A DNA stretch of 64,000 nt, from positions 16,753 to 80,752 of the forward strand of contig CAWHYV010000014.1 in the NCBI GenBank assembly GCA_963833725.1, in the 5' to 3' direction. This DNA comes from an uncultured Gaiellaceae bacterium. GTDB taxonomy: Bacteria; Actinomycetota; Thermoleophilia; Gaiellales; Gaiellaceae. The position numbers were made by a program, and so were the translations under genes. The notes below the pieces were generated by a model, which saw only the letters and a program-made list of their open reading frames with translations, had not been told where the DNA came from and did not search any database. This document shows, piece after piece, positions 42,061 through 52,573 of the stretch; within the stretch, counting starts at the first letter, position 1, and every line of letters starts with the position of its first letter.

Positions 42061-44601
42061 TCACAGCGCAGCGACGATGAGCCGTTCGGCCTCGGCGAGC
42101 GCGTCCGCGAGCTTCTCGGGGTCCTTGCCGCCCGCACGCGCCATCGTCGGACGCCCACCCCCGCCACCACCCACGATCGCGGCCGCCTCGCGGAGGACGT
42201 CCGACGCGCTCACCTTCTCGGCCACGGACTCGTCGAAGTTCGCGACGAGGTGAACCCTGCCGTCCTCCTTCGACCCGAGGACGACCGCGGCCGGCGCGTG
42301 CTTCTGCTTGTAGCGATCGGAGAGATCGAGGAGCTCGTCGGCGTCGAGGCCGTCGACGGGCTGGACGATCACGTTGACTCCGCCCTCGGCGCGGACGTCC
42401 GGCTCCGGCACGTCGGCTCCCGGCTCGGGGGCCGCTGCGACTCTCGGCGCCTTGCGCAACGCCTCGAGCTCGGAGCGGAGCACGCTGCAGCTCGCGCGCG
42501 CGCTCGTCGAGCACGGCCCACGCCGCTCCCGACGTCACGGCTTCGATGCGACGCACGCCCGCGCCGACCGAGCTCTCGGAGAGGAGCACGAACGGGCCGA
42601 CCTCGGCGCTCGCTGCCACGTGCGTCCCGCCGCACAGCTCGATGGAGTAGCCGGGAACCTCCACGACTCGCACGATGTCGCCGTACTTCTCGCCGAAGAG
42701 CATCGTCGCGCCGAGCTTGCGCGCCTCGTCGATCGGCGTCTCGAAGACGTGCACCGGCCGGTTCTCGAAGACGAGCTCGTTCACGCGGCGCTCGACGGCG
42801 TCGCGCTCTTCCGCACTGAGCGCGTGGTCGTGCGTGAAGTCGAAGCGCAGCTTGTCCGGACGCACCGCCGACCCCGCCTGCCGGACGTGCTCGCCGAGCA
42901 CCTCGCGTAGCGCCTGATGGAGGAGGTGCGTGCCGGTGTGATTCGCCATCGTCGGGAAGCGCACCGCCCACGGGACCCGTGCGCGGACACGATCGCCGGC
43001 AGCGAAGCCCGCTGCCACGGAACAGGAGCGCCTGGTCGTTCTCCAGCCGGTACGCGTCGACGAGCTCGGCCGTCGTGCCCGAGTCGTCGTCGAGCTCGAG
43101 CGTGCCGGCGTCGGTCACCTGGCCACCACCCGAGGGGTAGAACGGCGATTCGCGCAGCTTCACGAGAAAGTGGTCGCCCTCGAGGGGTTCGAGCGCGCCG
43201 ATCTGCGTGAGGACGTCGGTCTTGGCGTAGCCGACGAACTCGGTCGCGAAGTCGGCGCTGCGCGCGAAGTCCGCCGCACGCTGGAGCTCGCTCGATCCTC
43301 CCGCGCGCGAGACGTCGCGGTGGCGCTCCATCTCGATGCGATAGCCGTCGACATCGACCGCCTGGCCGCGCTCCTCCGCCAGCTCGACCGTGAGCTCGAG
43401 CGGGAACCCGTACGTCGCCGCGAGCGTGAAGGCCTGCTCGCCGGAGATCGCCTTCTCCGACCCGAGATCCTCGAAGAGCTTCAGGCCGCGCTCGAGGGTC
43501 TCGAGGAAGCGCTCCTCCTCGAGCCGCAGGACACGCGCGATCTCGTCGGCATGCGACGGCAGCTCCGGATACGCCTCTCCCATCTGCTCGACGACGACGC
43601 TCGAGAGTCGGTGGACGTCGTGGAGCCCGATGCTCTGCGCCTGCTGCACGGCGCGCCGGATGATCCGGCGCAGCACGTAGCCGCGCCCCTCGTTCGACGG
43701 CGTCACGCCGTCGCCCACGAGGAACGTCATCCCGCGGCCGTGGTCGGCGAGGATCCGCTGCGCCTTCGTCGCCGCCGCCGAGTCGCCGTAGGCGACGCCC
43801 GACTCGGCGGCGATCCACGTCCATGATCTGCTGGAATCCGTCCGTCTCGTAGACGGAGCGCACGTCCTGGAGAATCGCGGCGCCGCGCTCGAGGCCGAGC
43901 CCGGTGTCGATGTTCTGCTTCGGAAGCGGCGTCAGCGTCCCGTCGGCGTGCTGCTCGTACTCCATGAAGACGAGGTTCCAGAACTCGAGGAAGCGGTCGC
44001 AGCGCGCGCACGCAGGAGCGCAGTCCGGCTCACCGCAGCCGTGCTCCGCGCCCCAGTCCCAGTAGATCTCGGAGTCCGGCCCGCATGGCCCCGGCCCGCC
44101 CACGGACCAGAAGTTCTCGGATGTCGGTAGCGGGACGATCCGCTCGGGCGGCATGCCCGCCCTCTGCCAGAGGTCGATCGCGACCTCGTCCGGCCCGAGC
44201 TTCATCTGCGGATCGCCGGCGTGGACAGTGACCCACACGCGGTCCCAGTCGAGCTTCATGTGCTCGAGGACGAACTCGCGGGCGAACGCGATCGCGCCCT
44301 CCTTGAAGTACTGGCCGAACGAGAAGTTCCCGAGCATCTCGTAGAAGGTGAGGTGGTGGCCGTCGAGGCCGACCTCGTCGATGTCGACGGTGCGGAAGAC
44401 CTTCTGCGACGTCGTGGTGAGGGGCGCGGGAGGCGGCTCGAGCCCGAGGAAGAACGGCATCTGCGGCTGCATTCCTGCAGTGGTGAGGAGCGTCGAGTCG
44501 TCGCCTGCGCGCGGGACGAGAGAGTACGACGGGCAGCGCAGGTGCCCACGCTCCTCGAAGAACGAGAGGAAGCCCTCACGTAGCTCAGCCGTCGTGCGCA
44601 T
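42061..44601 (-). CDS. alaS: Alanine--tRNA ligase (three frame disruptions)
   Basis: There are four pieces. The first is MRTTAELREGFLSFFEERGH...SVYETDGFQQIMD. The second is WIAAESGVAYGD...GRGYVLRRIIRRA...LLF. The third is VAAGFAAGDRV...MANHTGTHLLHQAL...LRFDF...CGGTH. The fourth is VLRSELEALRK...GGGGGGRPTMARAGG. The junctions lie at about 43818, 43020 and 42494. Confidence 0.92.
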
Positions 44602-44641
44602 CTCGAGATTCTACGAGCGAGGTCGCGGGGCGCAGGTGCCG

Positions 44642-45130
44642 CTAAGCGGCAGGCGGCGGCTCTGCAGAGTCCTGTTGGCCGGCGTTGCGAAGCTCCTCGT
44701 CGAGCTCGCTCTCACGCCGAGCGGCAGCATCCTTCGCAACGCGCACCGCCTCGCCTGCGTCACGGCGCGAGCGAAATGCCGACACGCCGTGCGAGACACC
44801 GGAGGCGAAGCCGCTGACCTTCTTGACGGGCGTCGTGATCGCGGTCGAGACCGCGCGCACGGCGGTGTCGGCGCTGTCCGCCATCGCAACCGCACTGTCC
44901 GTCACGGTGTCGAGCTTGTCGAGCTGGTCATTGACCCGATCGACGGTTCCTCCGGCCTTGACGACCACCGGCAGCGCATCGCGTTCGGCACCCTTGATGA
45001 ACGACGAGAGCCTGGCGAACGTGCCGCCCATGCGGATCAGCATGTACGCGAGCCCGATCCCGCTCGCGACGAAGAACGCCGCGAGGGCGTAATCGAGGAC
45101 GTCGCCGGCCGTCGATGCGAGCACGTTCAT
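44642..45130 (-). CDS. DUF948-like membrane-anchored coiled-coil protein
   Basis: 162 aa. It has an N-terminal TM segment (YALAAFFVASGIGLAYMLI) followed by an Ala/Asp-rich helical region. Its position next to alaS is common for this family in Gram-positives. The call is made from memory of that family. Confidence 0.5.
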   Translation of the reverse strand: MNVLASTAGDVLDYALAAFFVASGIGLAYMLIRMGGTFARLSSFIKGAERDALPVVVKAGGTVDRVNDQLDKLDTVTDSAVAMADSADTAVRAVSTAITTPVKKVSGFASGVSHGVSAFRSRRDAGEAVRVAKDAAARRESELDEELRNAGQQDSAEPPPAA

Positions 45131-45148
45131 CCGCAGGATCCTAGTCGG

Positions 45149-46409
45149 CTACGCCACTGCCGTGATGACTCCGGCGCCGACCACGGCGTCCTCGTCGTAC
45201 ACCACCGCGACCTGCCCGAGGGCGACGCCGAACGCGGGCTCGCTCAACTCGAGCGCGAAGCCGTCGTCCGTCGTCGCGACCGACGCGGGCACGGGCGTCG
45301 ACCGGTAGCGGAGCTTTACGTCGCCGCGTGTCACTGGCACGTACAGGCGGCCCCTCGTCTCGACCGAGCTCACCGCGAGACGCTCGCGCGCACCGACGGT
45401 GACAGTGTTCGTCGCGGCGTCGGTTCGCACGACGTAGAGGGGCCGGCCGCCGTCGACGCGAAGCCCGCGGCGCTGCCCCGGGGTGAATCGCCAGTAGCCC
45501 TCGTGCGACCCGCGTGTGGCCCCGTCCGTATCGACGATGACGCCGGCTGGAGCTCCGGAGCCCTTGGCGCTCGAGGAACGCGCGGTAGTCGTCTCCACCG
45601 AGGAAGCAGGCCTCCTGACTCTCCGCCCGCCGCGCGGCAGCGAGCCCGGCAGCGGCCGCCTCGGCGCGGGTCTCCTCCTTCGTCTGCTGGCCCAGCGGGA
45701 ATCGGACGCGACCGAGGAGCGCCGGATCGACCGCCGCGAGCATGTACGACTGATCCTTGCGATCGTCGACCGCGCGCGCGACGAGACGCATTCCGCCGCG
45801 CTCCACGATCCGCGCATAGTGACCCGTCCAGAGCTCGTCGGCGCCGGCACGTGCTGCGAATGCCACGAGCTCGTCGAATCGGAACGCGCCGTTGCAGCGC
45901 ATGCACGGGTTCGGCGTCTCACCGGCTTCGTAGGCGCGCACGAACGGATCGACGATCGCGCTCTTGAACTCGGCGCGAAGGTCGAGCGTGACGTGCGGCA
46001 ACCCGAGCGCGTGGCACGTCGCACGCGCCGCGGCGACGGCAGCGGGCGAGCAGCAAGCCCGCTCGGTGTCGGGTGCGGCGGGATCCTGCCAGAGGCGCAA
46101 CGTCGCGCCGACGGCGTCGCGTCCCGCTCGCCGGAGCGCGACCGCACTGTCGACGCCGCCGCTCATCGCAACGACGACGCGGCCCGCGCGTGGCTCCGCC
46201 CGGAACACCTGTCCGAGCGCCGCGGCAAGCGCGTCGACGGCGAGCGGCTCGCCACCGACCGCAGCGGCTTCGAGCAGCGTCAGCCCGACGAGCGGGCTGT
46301 CGAGCCCCGGGGCGTCCGCCGCGACGATTCGGTCGCGCTCGACGCCGAGCCTCACTGCACACCACGCTCCGCCGTGTGTCGCGTCTCCGAATACCTCGGT
46401 GCTCACCAC
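45149..46409 (-). CDS. mnmA: tRNA 2-thiouridine(34) synthase MnmA with a roughly 75-aa N-terminal extension (one frame disruption)
   Basis: ORF 45141..46409 carries VVVAMSGGVDSAVAL (PP-loop), CCSP, PNPCMRCN, DQSYML and ESQEACF. The C-terminus lies in ORF 45149..46147 (SGAPAGVIVDTDGATRGSHEGYWRFTPGQRRGL...). An extra G in the GGG run at about 45562 separates them. Confidence 0.85.
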
Positions 46410-46626
46410 GCCAGGCTAGCGCCGGAGGAAATGCTCCACCCTGCCGATGAAGCCACGGCCGTTGCGAACCTGGCGAGCCAGGTGGGTGCCGTGCGGAGTG
46501 TCGGCAAACGCCTAGCTCCGACGCCGGCTCCCTTTACGTGTCTGTTGGTTCACGTATGGACCGGGGCCACGCACAGGGTCGAGCCCGGCGATCCTACCGG
46601 CTGCGCGCACGGGCGTCGGCAGCGAC

Positions 46627-47052
46627 TCAGCGCGCGCTCGTCGCGAAGCGCCACTCGAGCTCGACGGTGCCGTCGATCCCGAGCAGTGAGGCCAACTCCT
46701 CCGTGACCTCGAGCTGGCGGCCGGGCTCGACGAGCGCGTTGTCGATGACCTCCGTGAGCACCTGCGTGTCGCCAGAACGAAGAATCAGTTTCGCCCCGCA
46801 CGGAAGCACCGGATGCGTCACGCCGAGAGACTGCGGTGCGAGAACCTGGCCGCACGTCGTCCGCTGAGCATCCCCGGTCGCGCCGCGCGAGCCCGCGAAG
46901 GCGATGTTCCAGCCGGCCGGCGCCGGCGCGCTCGTCAGCGCCGCCGCACCCTCGTCGGAGCCGCGTTGCCCGACGACGGCCGCGGCCGCGACCGCTGCAA
47001 GAAGCGCGACGGCAGCGAGGACGACGAGGCGTTGACCGAGGATGGCCGGCAC
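46627..47052 (-). CDS. Secreted/anchored RlpA-like double-psi beta-barrel domain protein (putative)
   Basis: This is the in-frame GTG at 47052 within ORF 46627..47250. It has a TM/signal segment (LVVLAAVALLAAVAAAAVV). The following sequence is TTCGQVLAPQSLGVTHPVLPCGAKLILRSGDTQVLTEVIDN...LEVTEELASLLGIDGTVELEW, which resembles the RlpA/expansin DPBB pattern. Confidence 0.45.
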   Translation of the reverse strand: MPAILGQRLVVLAAVALLAAVAAAAVVGQRGSDEGAAALTSAPAPAGWNIAFAGSRGATGDAQRTTCGQVLAPQSLGVTHPVLPCGAKLILRSGDTQVLTEVIDNALVEPGRQLEVTEELASLLGIDGTVELEWRFATSAR

Positions 47053-47154
47053 GAGGCTAGTGTGGCTGACGCTGCGGGTGAATGCGCGTACGAGCCCGCA
47101 CCGACGGCGGAGCTTCGTACGGGCCGCGAGACTGGGACCACGCCCCCAAACACG

Positions 47155-47198
47155 CTCTCCAAACACCCCCAGGGGATCCCCGAGATCCCTGCAGTCAC
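47155..47198. repeat. Copy 2 of the 44-nt intergenic hairpin element
   Basis: The sequence is ctctccaaacacccccaggggatccccgagatccctgcagtcac. The stem change C to T keeps pairing as G-U when read on the minus strand. It lies between the aspS stop and the start of the RlpA-like gene. Confidence 0.7.
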
Positions 47199-47274
47199 GA
47201 TATCGGCGACATCGACACCCAGGTGCGACGAGTCTGCGCCAAGAGTGCAACGGGCCGGGCAGGCCGAGCCCGAC

Positions 47275-49009
47275 CTAGGAGTCGTCGGCGACGAGCTGGA
47301 TGCCGAGCTCGCGAAGCTGCGCGTCCGGCACCTGCGCCGGCGCGCCGGTCAGAGGATCGGAGCCGCTCGACACCTTCGGGAACGCGACGACCTGGCGGAT
47401 GTTCGGCTCGCCGGCCATGAGCGCGACGAACCGCTCGATCCCCATCGCGAACCCGCCATGCGGCGGCGCGCCCATGGCAAGCGCCTCGAGAAGGAAGGCG
47501 AACTTCTCCTGCGCCTCCTCGTCGAGCATCCCCATCGTCCGGAAGACGTCCTGCTGGACCGCCGGATCGTGGATCCGGATCGAGCCCGAACCGAGCTCCC
47601 ATCCGTTCCAGATCAGGTCGTAGTGCTGGCTGAGCGCGTTGCCGGGATCGCCGGCCACGCGGTCCTCGTGTCCGGCGATCGGTGCGGTGAACGGATGATG
47701 GAGGAACGTCCAGTTGCCGGTGTCCTCGTCACGCTCGAAGAGCGGAAAGTCGATGACCCAGTGGAACAGCTCCGCATTCGACGCAAGCTCGAGCTCACGT
47801 CCCAGGTGCGTCCGCATGCCGCCGAGCACGCGGGCGACCGTCGCCTCGTCGCCCGCTGCGAACAACACGGTGGAGCCGGGCTCGCTCCGGAATGCCTCGA
47901 GCTCGGCCTCCGAGAGGAACTTCGCGATCGGCGAGCGAACATCGTCGCCGTCGTATACGAGATACGCGAGCCCCTTCGCGCCCCATTCCTTCGCGATGTC
48001 CTCCAGGCGCTGCAGCTCCGTCCGCGAGAAGGCGCGAGGCGCGACGAGGAAGCGGACCGTGTCCGCGTTCGCGAAGACGCCGAACTCGGAGCCACGCGTC
48101 ACCTCCGTCGCATCCTCGATCTCCAGCCCGAAGCGCAGGTCCGGCTTGTCCGTCCCGTACTTCGCCAGCGCTTCCGCATAGGTGAGACGTGGGAACGGCC
48201 TCGCCGGGACCTCGCGCCCCACTGCGGCGAAGGCGCCGACGACGACGTCCTCCAGCACCTCGAGCACGTCCTCGCGCTCGACGAAGGCCAGCTCGAGGTC
48301 GAGCTGTCGGAACTCGAACTGCCTGTCGGCGCGCAGATCCTCGTCCCGCCAGCAGGTCGCGATCTGGTAGTAGCGATCGAGGCCCCCGATCATGCAGAGC
48401 TGCTTGAAGAGCTGCGGAGACTGGGCGAGCGCGAAGAAGCGGCCCGGCTGGAGCCGCACGGGGACGACGAAGTCGCGCGCGCCCTCGGGTGTCCCGCGGG
48501 TCATGCTCGGCGTCCAGACGTCGACGAACTCGCGCCGATCCATCGTCTCCCGAATCGACGAGATCACGGTGTGCGCGAGACGGAGGTTTCGCTGCATGCG
48601 CGGGGTGCGCATGTCGAGCCAGCGGTAGCGGAGTCGCAGCGTCTCGTCGACGCCCTCCTCGTCGAGCTGGAACGGGAGCGGCGTCGAGCGCGAGACGATC
48701 TCGAGCTCGTCGACCTGGATCTCGACGGCACCGGTCGCCATCGCAGCGTTCACGGTCTCGGGCGAGCGAGCGACGACCTCGCCGCGCGCCCGGAGCACGA
48801 ACTCGTTGCGGATCTCCTTGGCGAGCCTCGGCCGACGCGGGCGAGCGCTCGGGGTTGAACACGAGCTGCGTGATCCCCGTGTGGTCGCGAAGGTCGACGA
48901 AGACGAGCCCGCCGTGGTCACGCCGGCGCGCCGCCCATCCGGAGAGCGTCAGCGTCTGCCCGACGTGCTCGGGGCGTGTATCGCCGCACATGAGGTCACG
49001 CCAGCTCAT
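47275..49009 (-). CDS. aspS: Aspartate--tRNA ligase (one frame disruption)
   Basis: The N-terminal piece is [54 protein letters not shown]...SAE. ORF 47275..48921 then carries [18 protein letters not shown]...FRQLDLE...[10 protein letters not shown]. An extra G at about 48827 separates them. The ATG overlaps the hisS stop (ATGA). Confidence 0.92.
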
Positions 49010-50266
49010 GACGAGAGTCTGTCGACGACCTCGTCGTGCCCGACGGTGACGTCGGCTTCCCCGGCTCGACGGATCGTGGCGCCCTCGGCCGCCGACCACC
49101 ACGGTCGCCGTCGCACCACTCCGGCCGGCCTGCGTCAACTGACCCTTGAGCGAGCGCTGCGCGTAGTCGGTGTCGCACGCAATCCCACGCCGACGGAGTT
49201 CGGCGAGCCAGTGCGCGACGCGCGCGCGGGGAGCGTCGGGCTCCACGGCGACGTAGACCGCGATCCGCGGCGGGCTCGGCATCGGCGACTCCCTCGGCTT
49301 CCATCGCGAGGAGGAGACGCTCGATGCCGGCTCCGAAGCCCACTCCGGGCGTCGGCGGGCCGCCGATCTCCTCCACGAGGTAGTCGTAGCGACCGCCTCC
49401 GGAGAGCGTCGCGTTCTCGTTCGCGAGCGGGCCGACGAACTCCCAGGTCGTGCGCGAGTAGTAGTCGAGGCCGCGCACGAGGGTCGGCTCGAGCCGGTAT
49501 CCGACGCCGGTCGCATCGAGGTCGCGCCGCACGACGGCGAAGCGTTCCACGCATTCCGCGCAGAGCGACTCGCCGATCTTCGGCGCCTCGTCGAGAGCAG
49601 CACGAACCGCCTCGGGCTTCGCCTGGTAGTTGTCGAAGACCCGCAGCGGGCTCGTCGCCGCCTTCTCGTTCGTGGCCGCGTCGAGCCGGTCGACGTTCGC
49701 CCGAAGCCAGGACTCCAAGCGTCTCGAGATATGCCGGACGGCAGGCACGGCAGCCGATCGAGTTGAGCTCGAGGTGGTACTGCGTCACGCCGAGCCGGCC
49801 GAGCAGCGCGTCGTACAACTGGATGAGCTCGGCGTCGATCGCGGGATCGTCGCTTCCGACCGCCTCGACGGAGGCCTGCCAGTGCTCGCGGTGGCGTCCC
49901 TTCCCGGGCGCGCCGTAGCGGTACATCGACCCGATCGTGAAGAGCTTTGCCGGCTGCGGCTCTCGATGCAGCCCGTGCTCGACGTACGCCCGACAGATCG
50001 GCGCGGTTCCCTCCGGCCGAAGCGTCAACGAGCGCTCCGACCGATCCGAGAACGTGTACATCTCCTTCTGGACGACGTCGGACCCCTCGCCGGAGGTGCG
50101 CTCGAAGAGCGCGGTGTCCTCGAACACCGGCGTTGTGACGGGTCGGTAGCCGTAGAGCTCGCACAGGCGCTCGATCTCCGCTGTGACCCGGCGCCAGTTC
50201 GGCTGCTCGGCCGGGAGTGACGTCGTGGGTGCCGCGCGGGCGCTCGATCTTCGACGCGCGGCTCAC
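49006..50266 (-). CDS. hisS: Histidine--tRNA ligase (four frame disruptions)
   Basis: There are five pieces. The first is [18 protein letters not shown]. The second is [54 protein letters not shown]...LRPEGTAP...LNSIGC...YLETL. The third is ESWLRANVD...[14 protein letters not shown]...GGGRYD...GFGAGIERL. The fourth is [10 protein letters not shown]. The fifth is [25 protein letters not shown]. The junctions lie at about 50212, 49715, 49283 and 49088. Confidence 0.9.
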
Positions 50267-50910
50267 GCCGAGCGCTCCGCGCGGAGCTCACCGAGGAAGG
50301 GGTTCCGCGCGAGCTCGTCGCCCAGCGTCGTGATCGGCCCGTGGCCCGGGTAGACGACGGTATCCGGCGGAAGCGTGTCGACGAGCATGCGGATCGACGC
50401 GAGCAGGATCTCCCAGTCGGCTCCGGGCAGGTCGGTGCGCCCGACGGAGCCTGCGAAGAGCACGTCGCCGGAGAAGAGGCAGCCGTCGGCGTAGTACGCG
50501 ACGTGCGCGGGGGAGTGGCCGGGGACGGGCAGAACGTCGAACGACATCCCTGCGACCTCGAGGGTCTCACCGCCCTCGAGCGTGACGTCAGGCGCATGGG
50601 CGCGCAGCGTGATCCCGGCCGGCGTGTATCTCCCTTCCGGGCTCTCGAGCAGCATCCGCTCGCCCTCGGGCATGTGGACCGGCGCTCCCGTCCCCTCCGC
50701 GAGGTCGGCGACACCCAGGAGGTGGTCGAAGTGCCCGTGCGTCACGAGGATCGCGGAGCAGCTCGCTCCGAGTCGCGCGAGCGTCAGGCGGAGCTCCGTC
50801 GCGTCGCCACTCGGATCGACGACCGCAGCCTCGGTCGCGGTCAGGTCCGAGCGGACGATGTAGCAGTTCGTCCCGATCGGCCCGAGCAACGGCTGTTCGA
50901 CACGAAGCAT
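50263..50910 (-). CDS. MBL-fold metallo-hydrolase (glyoxalase II-like)
   Basis: This is the in-frame ATG at 50910. It reads [24 protein letters not shown] (HxHxDH), VPGHSPAHV and [13 protein letters not shown]. It overlaps the hisS start by 4 nt. Confidence 0.8.
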   Translation of the reverse strand: MLRVEQPLLGPIGTNCYIVRSDLTATEAAVVDPSGDATELRLTLARLGASCSAILVTHGHFDHLLGVADLAEGTGAPVHMPEGERMLLESPEGRYTPAGITLRAHAPDVTLEGGETLEVAGMSFDVLPVPGHSPAHVAYYADGCLFSGDVLFAGSVGRTDLPGADWEILLASIRMLVDTLPPDTVVYPGHGPITTLGDELARNPFLGELRAERSA

Positions 50911-50921
50911 CCCGGTGCGCG

Positions 50922-51317
50922 TCAGCTTCCGCGGCGCCGGCCGGACGTCTGCTCGCCCCGAGCCCGACGCTTGAGATGAGTGCGGTAGAAGAACCGGTCG
51001 ATGAAGTAGCTGAACGGGATGAAGATCGCCACGATCAGCAGCGTCTGGGTGAGCTTCGTCTCCATCGGCAGATCCGGCGACAGGAGCAGCACGGTGCCGA
51101 ACATGATCGGCGCGAAGATCGCCCCCCGCTTGAACGTCCGCTGCCACGACGGCGCCTGCGGCTCACGCTGCAAACGTCCAGACGATGAGCTCCCCGCCTC
51201 CTTCTCCTTCTCGGAGCCGGCAGGGTCGACGTCGACCTCGTTTCCCTCGTCGTCGACCCATACGTAGTCATGGCGTTGCTCCTTCTCACGCCGCCGTCGC
51301 TGCTTCTTCGTCGCCAT
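50922..51317 (-). CDS. Hypothetical membrane protein with a basic/acidic N-terminal tail
   Basis: 131 codons from ATG 51317. The sequence is MATKKQRRRREKEQRHDYVWVDDEGNEV... It has two TM segments (AIFAPIMFGTVLLL and LLIVAIFIPFSYFI). Confidence 0.5.
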   Translation of the reverse strand: MATKKQRRRREKEQRHDYVWVDDEGNEVDVDPAGSEKEKEAGSSSSGRLQREPQAPSWQRTFKRGAIFAPIMFGTVLLLSPDLPMETKLTQTLLIVAIFIPFSYFIDRFFYRTHLKRRARGEQTSGRRRGS

Positions 51318-51324
51318 CGGGCGA

Positions 51325-52573
51325 TTATGCCCGGCTGTCCCAGGCGATCCTCCCGCCAGCTGATCACCGTCCGGACGACCGGGCCGCCCAGGTGGTAGGC
51401 GAGATGCCTCCAGTCGTCGGCCGCGAGCAGAACGACGTCGGCGTCGTAGCCCGCAGCGAGCCGGCCCTTGCGATCGGCGCGCTCGAGGACGTGCGCCGCG
51501 TTCACCGTGCATGCGGCGAGCGCCTCCTCGGGAGCGAGCGACATCTGCGTCGTCGCGAGCGAGCACACGAGCGGCAGGCTCTCGCAGAAGGCGCTCCCAG
51601 GGTTGAAGTCGGTCGCGAGCGCGATTGCCGCACCGGCGTCGATCAGCTGACGTCCCGGCGGCATCGGTCGGTTCAGGAAGAGCGCGCTCGCAGGGAGCAG
51701 CACGCCGACGACGTCGCTCGCCGCGAGCGCGGCGACGCCTGTGCGGCCCGTCGCCTCGAGGTGGTCGACGGAGCGCGCGCCGAGCTCGATCGCCAGCGGG
51801 ATCGCCCCGACCTCGGTGAACTGGTCGCCGTGCAGGCGTAGCGCAAGCCCCGCGGCGCGACACGCGCTCAGGTAACGACGCGCCTGATCGACGTCGAATG
51901 CGCCGCGCTCGAGAAAGACGTCGGCGGCCTCGGCAATGCGGGCGGCCTCCGGAAGCACGGCGTCGAGGAGAAAGTCGACGTACGCATCGGCGCCGTCGTC
52001 GGCGAACTCCGGCGGTACCGCATGCGCACCCAGCCACGTCGGACTGCCGCCCGCGTCGCGTATCGCACGGAGCTGAGCCAACTCCGTGTCGTGGTCGAGC
52101 CCGTAGCCGGACTTCGCCTCGAACGTCGTCGTGCCGGCTCGGAGCATCCAGCCGACGTGCTCGGCAAGGACTGCCGCGAGGTCCGCGTCGTCGGCGGCTC
52201 GCGTCGCGCGCACCGTCGAGAGGATGCCGCCGCCGCGGGCGTGCAGCTCCTCGTACGACGCCCCGGCGGCGCGCAGCGAGAACTCCTCGACGCGGTCGCC
52301 CGCGAAGCACGCATGCGTGTGGCAGTCGACGAGGCCCGGGATCGCCGAGAGCCCGCGACCGTCGATCTCCTCGACGTCGTGATCGAGGCGCGGCAGGTCG
52401 CGCATCGGTCCCGTCGCCGTGATGCGACCGCGCTCGCACAGCACGTACGCGTCTCGGACGACGTCGACCTCGCGCAGCGCGTCACCGCGAAGCGGCGCGG
52501 CGCGCCCCGCCGGCGACGCGACCTGCGCGAGGTCGCGGATGAGGAGTCCCGCCGACGGCTGCGAGGCGCTCAC
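51325..52573 (-). CDS. hutI: Imidazolonepropionase (probable frame disruption 11 codons from the stop)
   Basis: GTG 52573 overlaps the hutU stop (GTGA). It reads [36 protein letters not shown] and [10 protein letters not shown]. After removing one base at about 51358, the natural end is ...[13 protein letters not shown] followed by TAA at 51325. Confidence 0.85.

Noticed and set aside
46410-46440. There is a T-box-like GGGUGG sequence upstream of mnmA.
   Set aside because: Only a 6-7 nt resemblance to the T-box core exists. There is no specifier-loop or Stem I features, and mnmA is not a known T-box-regulated gene class.
47795-50266. An 823-aa ORF spans aspS and hisS. Similar very long Arg/Pro/Ala-rich ORFs include 2448-4400(+), 14619-16454(-), 34066-36132(+), 46813-48858(+) and the upstream part of 52570-55149(-).
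   Set aside because: These are alternate-frame or antisense open frames, which are typical of roughly 70% GC DNA. Their translations are low-complexity R/P/A/G strings except where they coincide with a real gene segment, and each overlaps a gene with clear conserved motifs.
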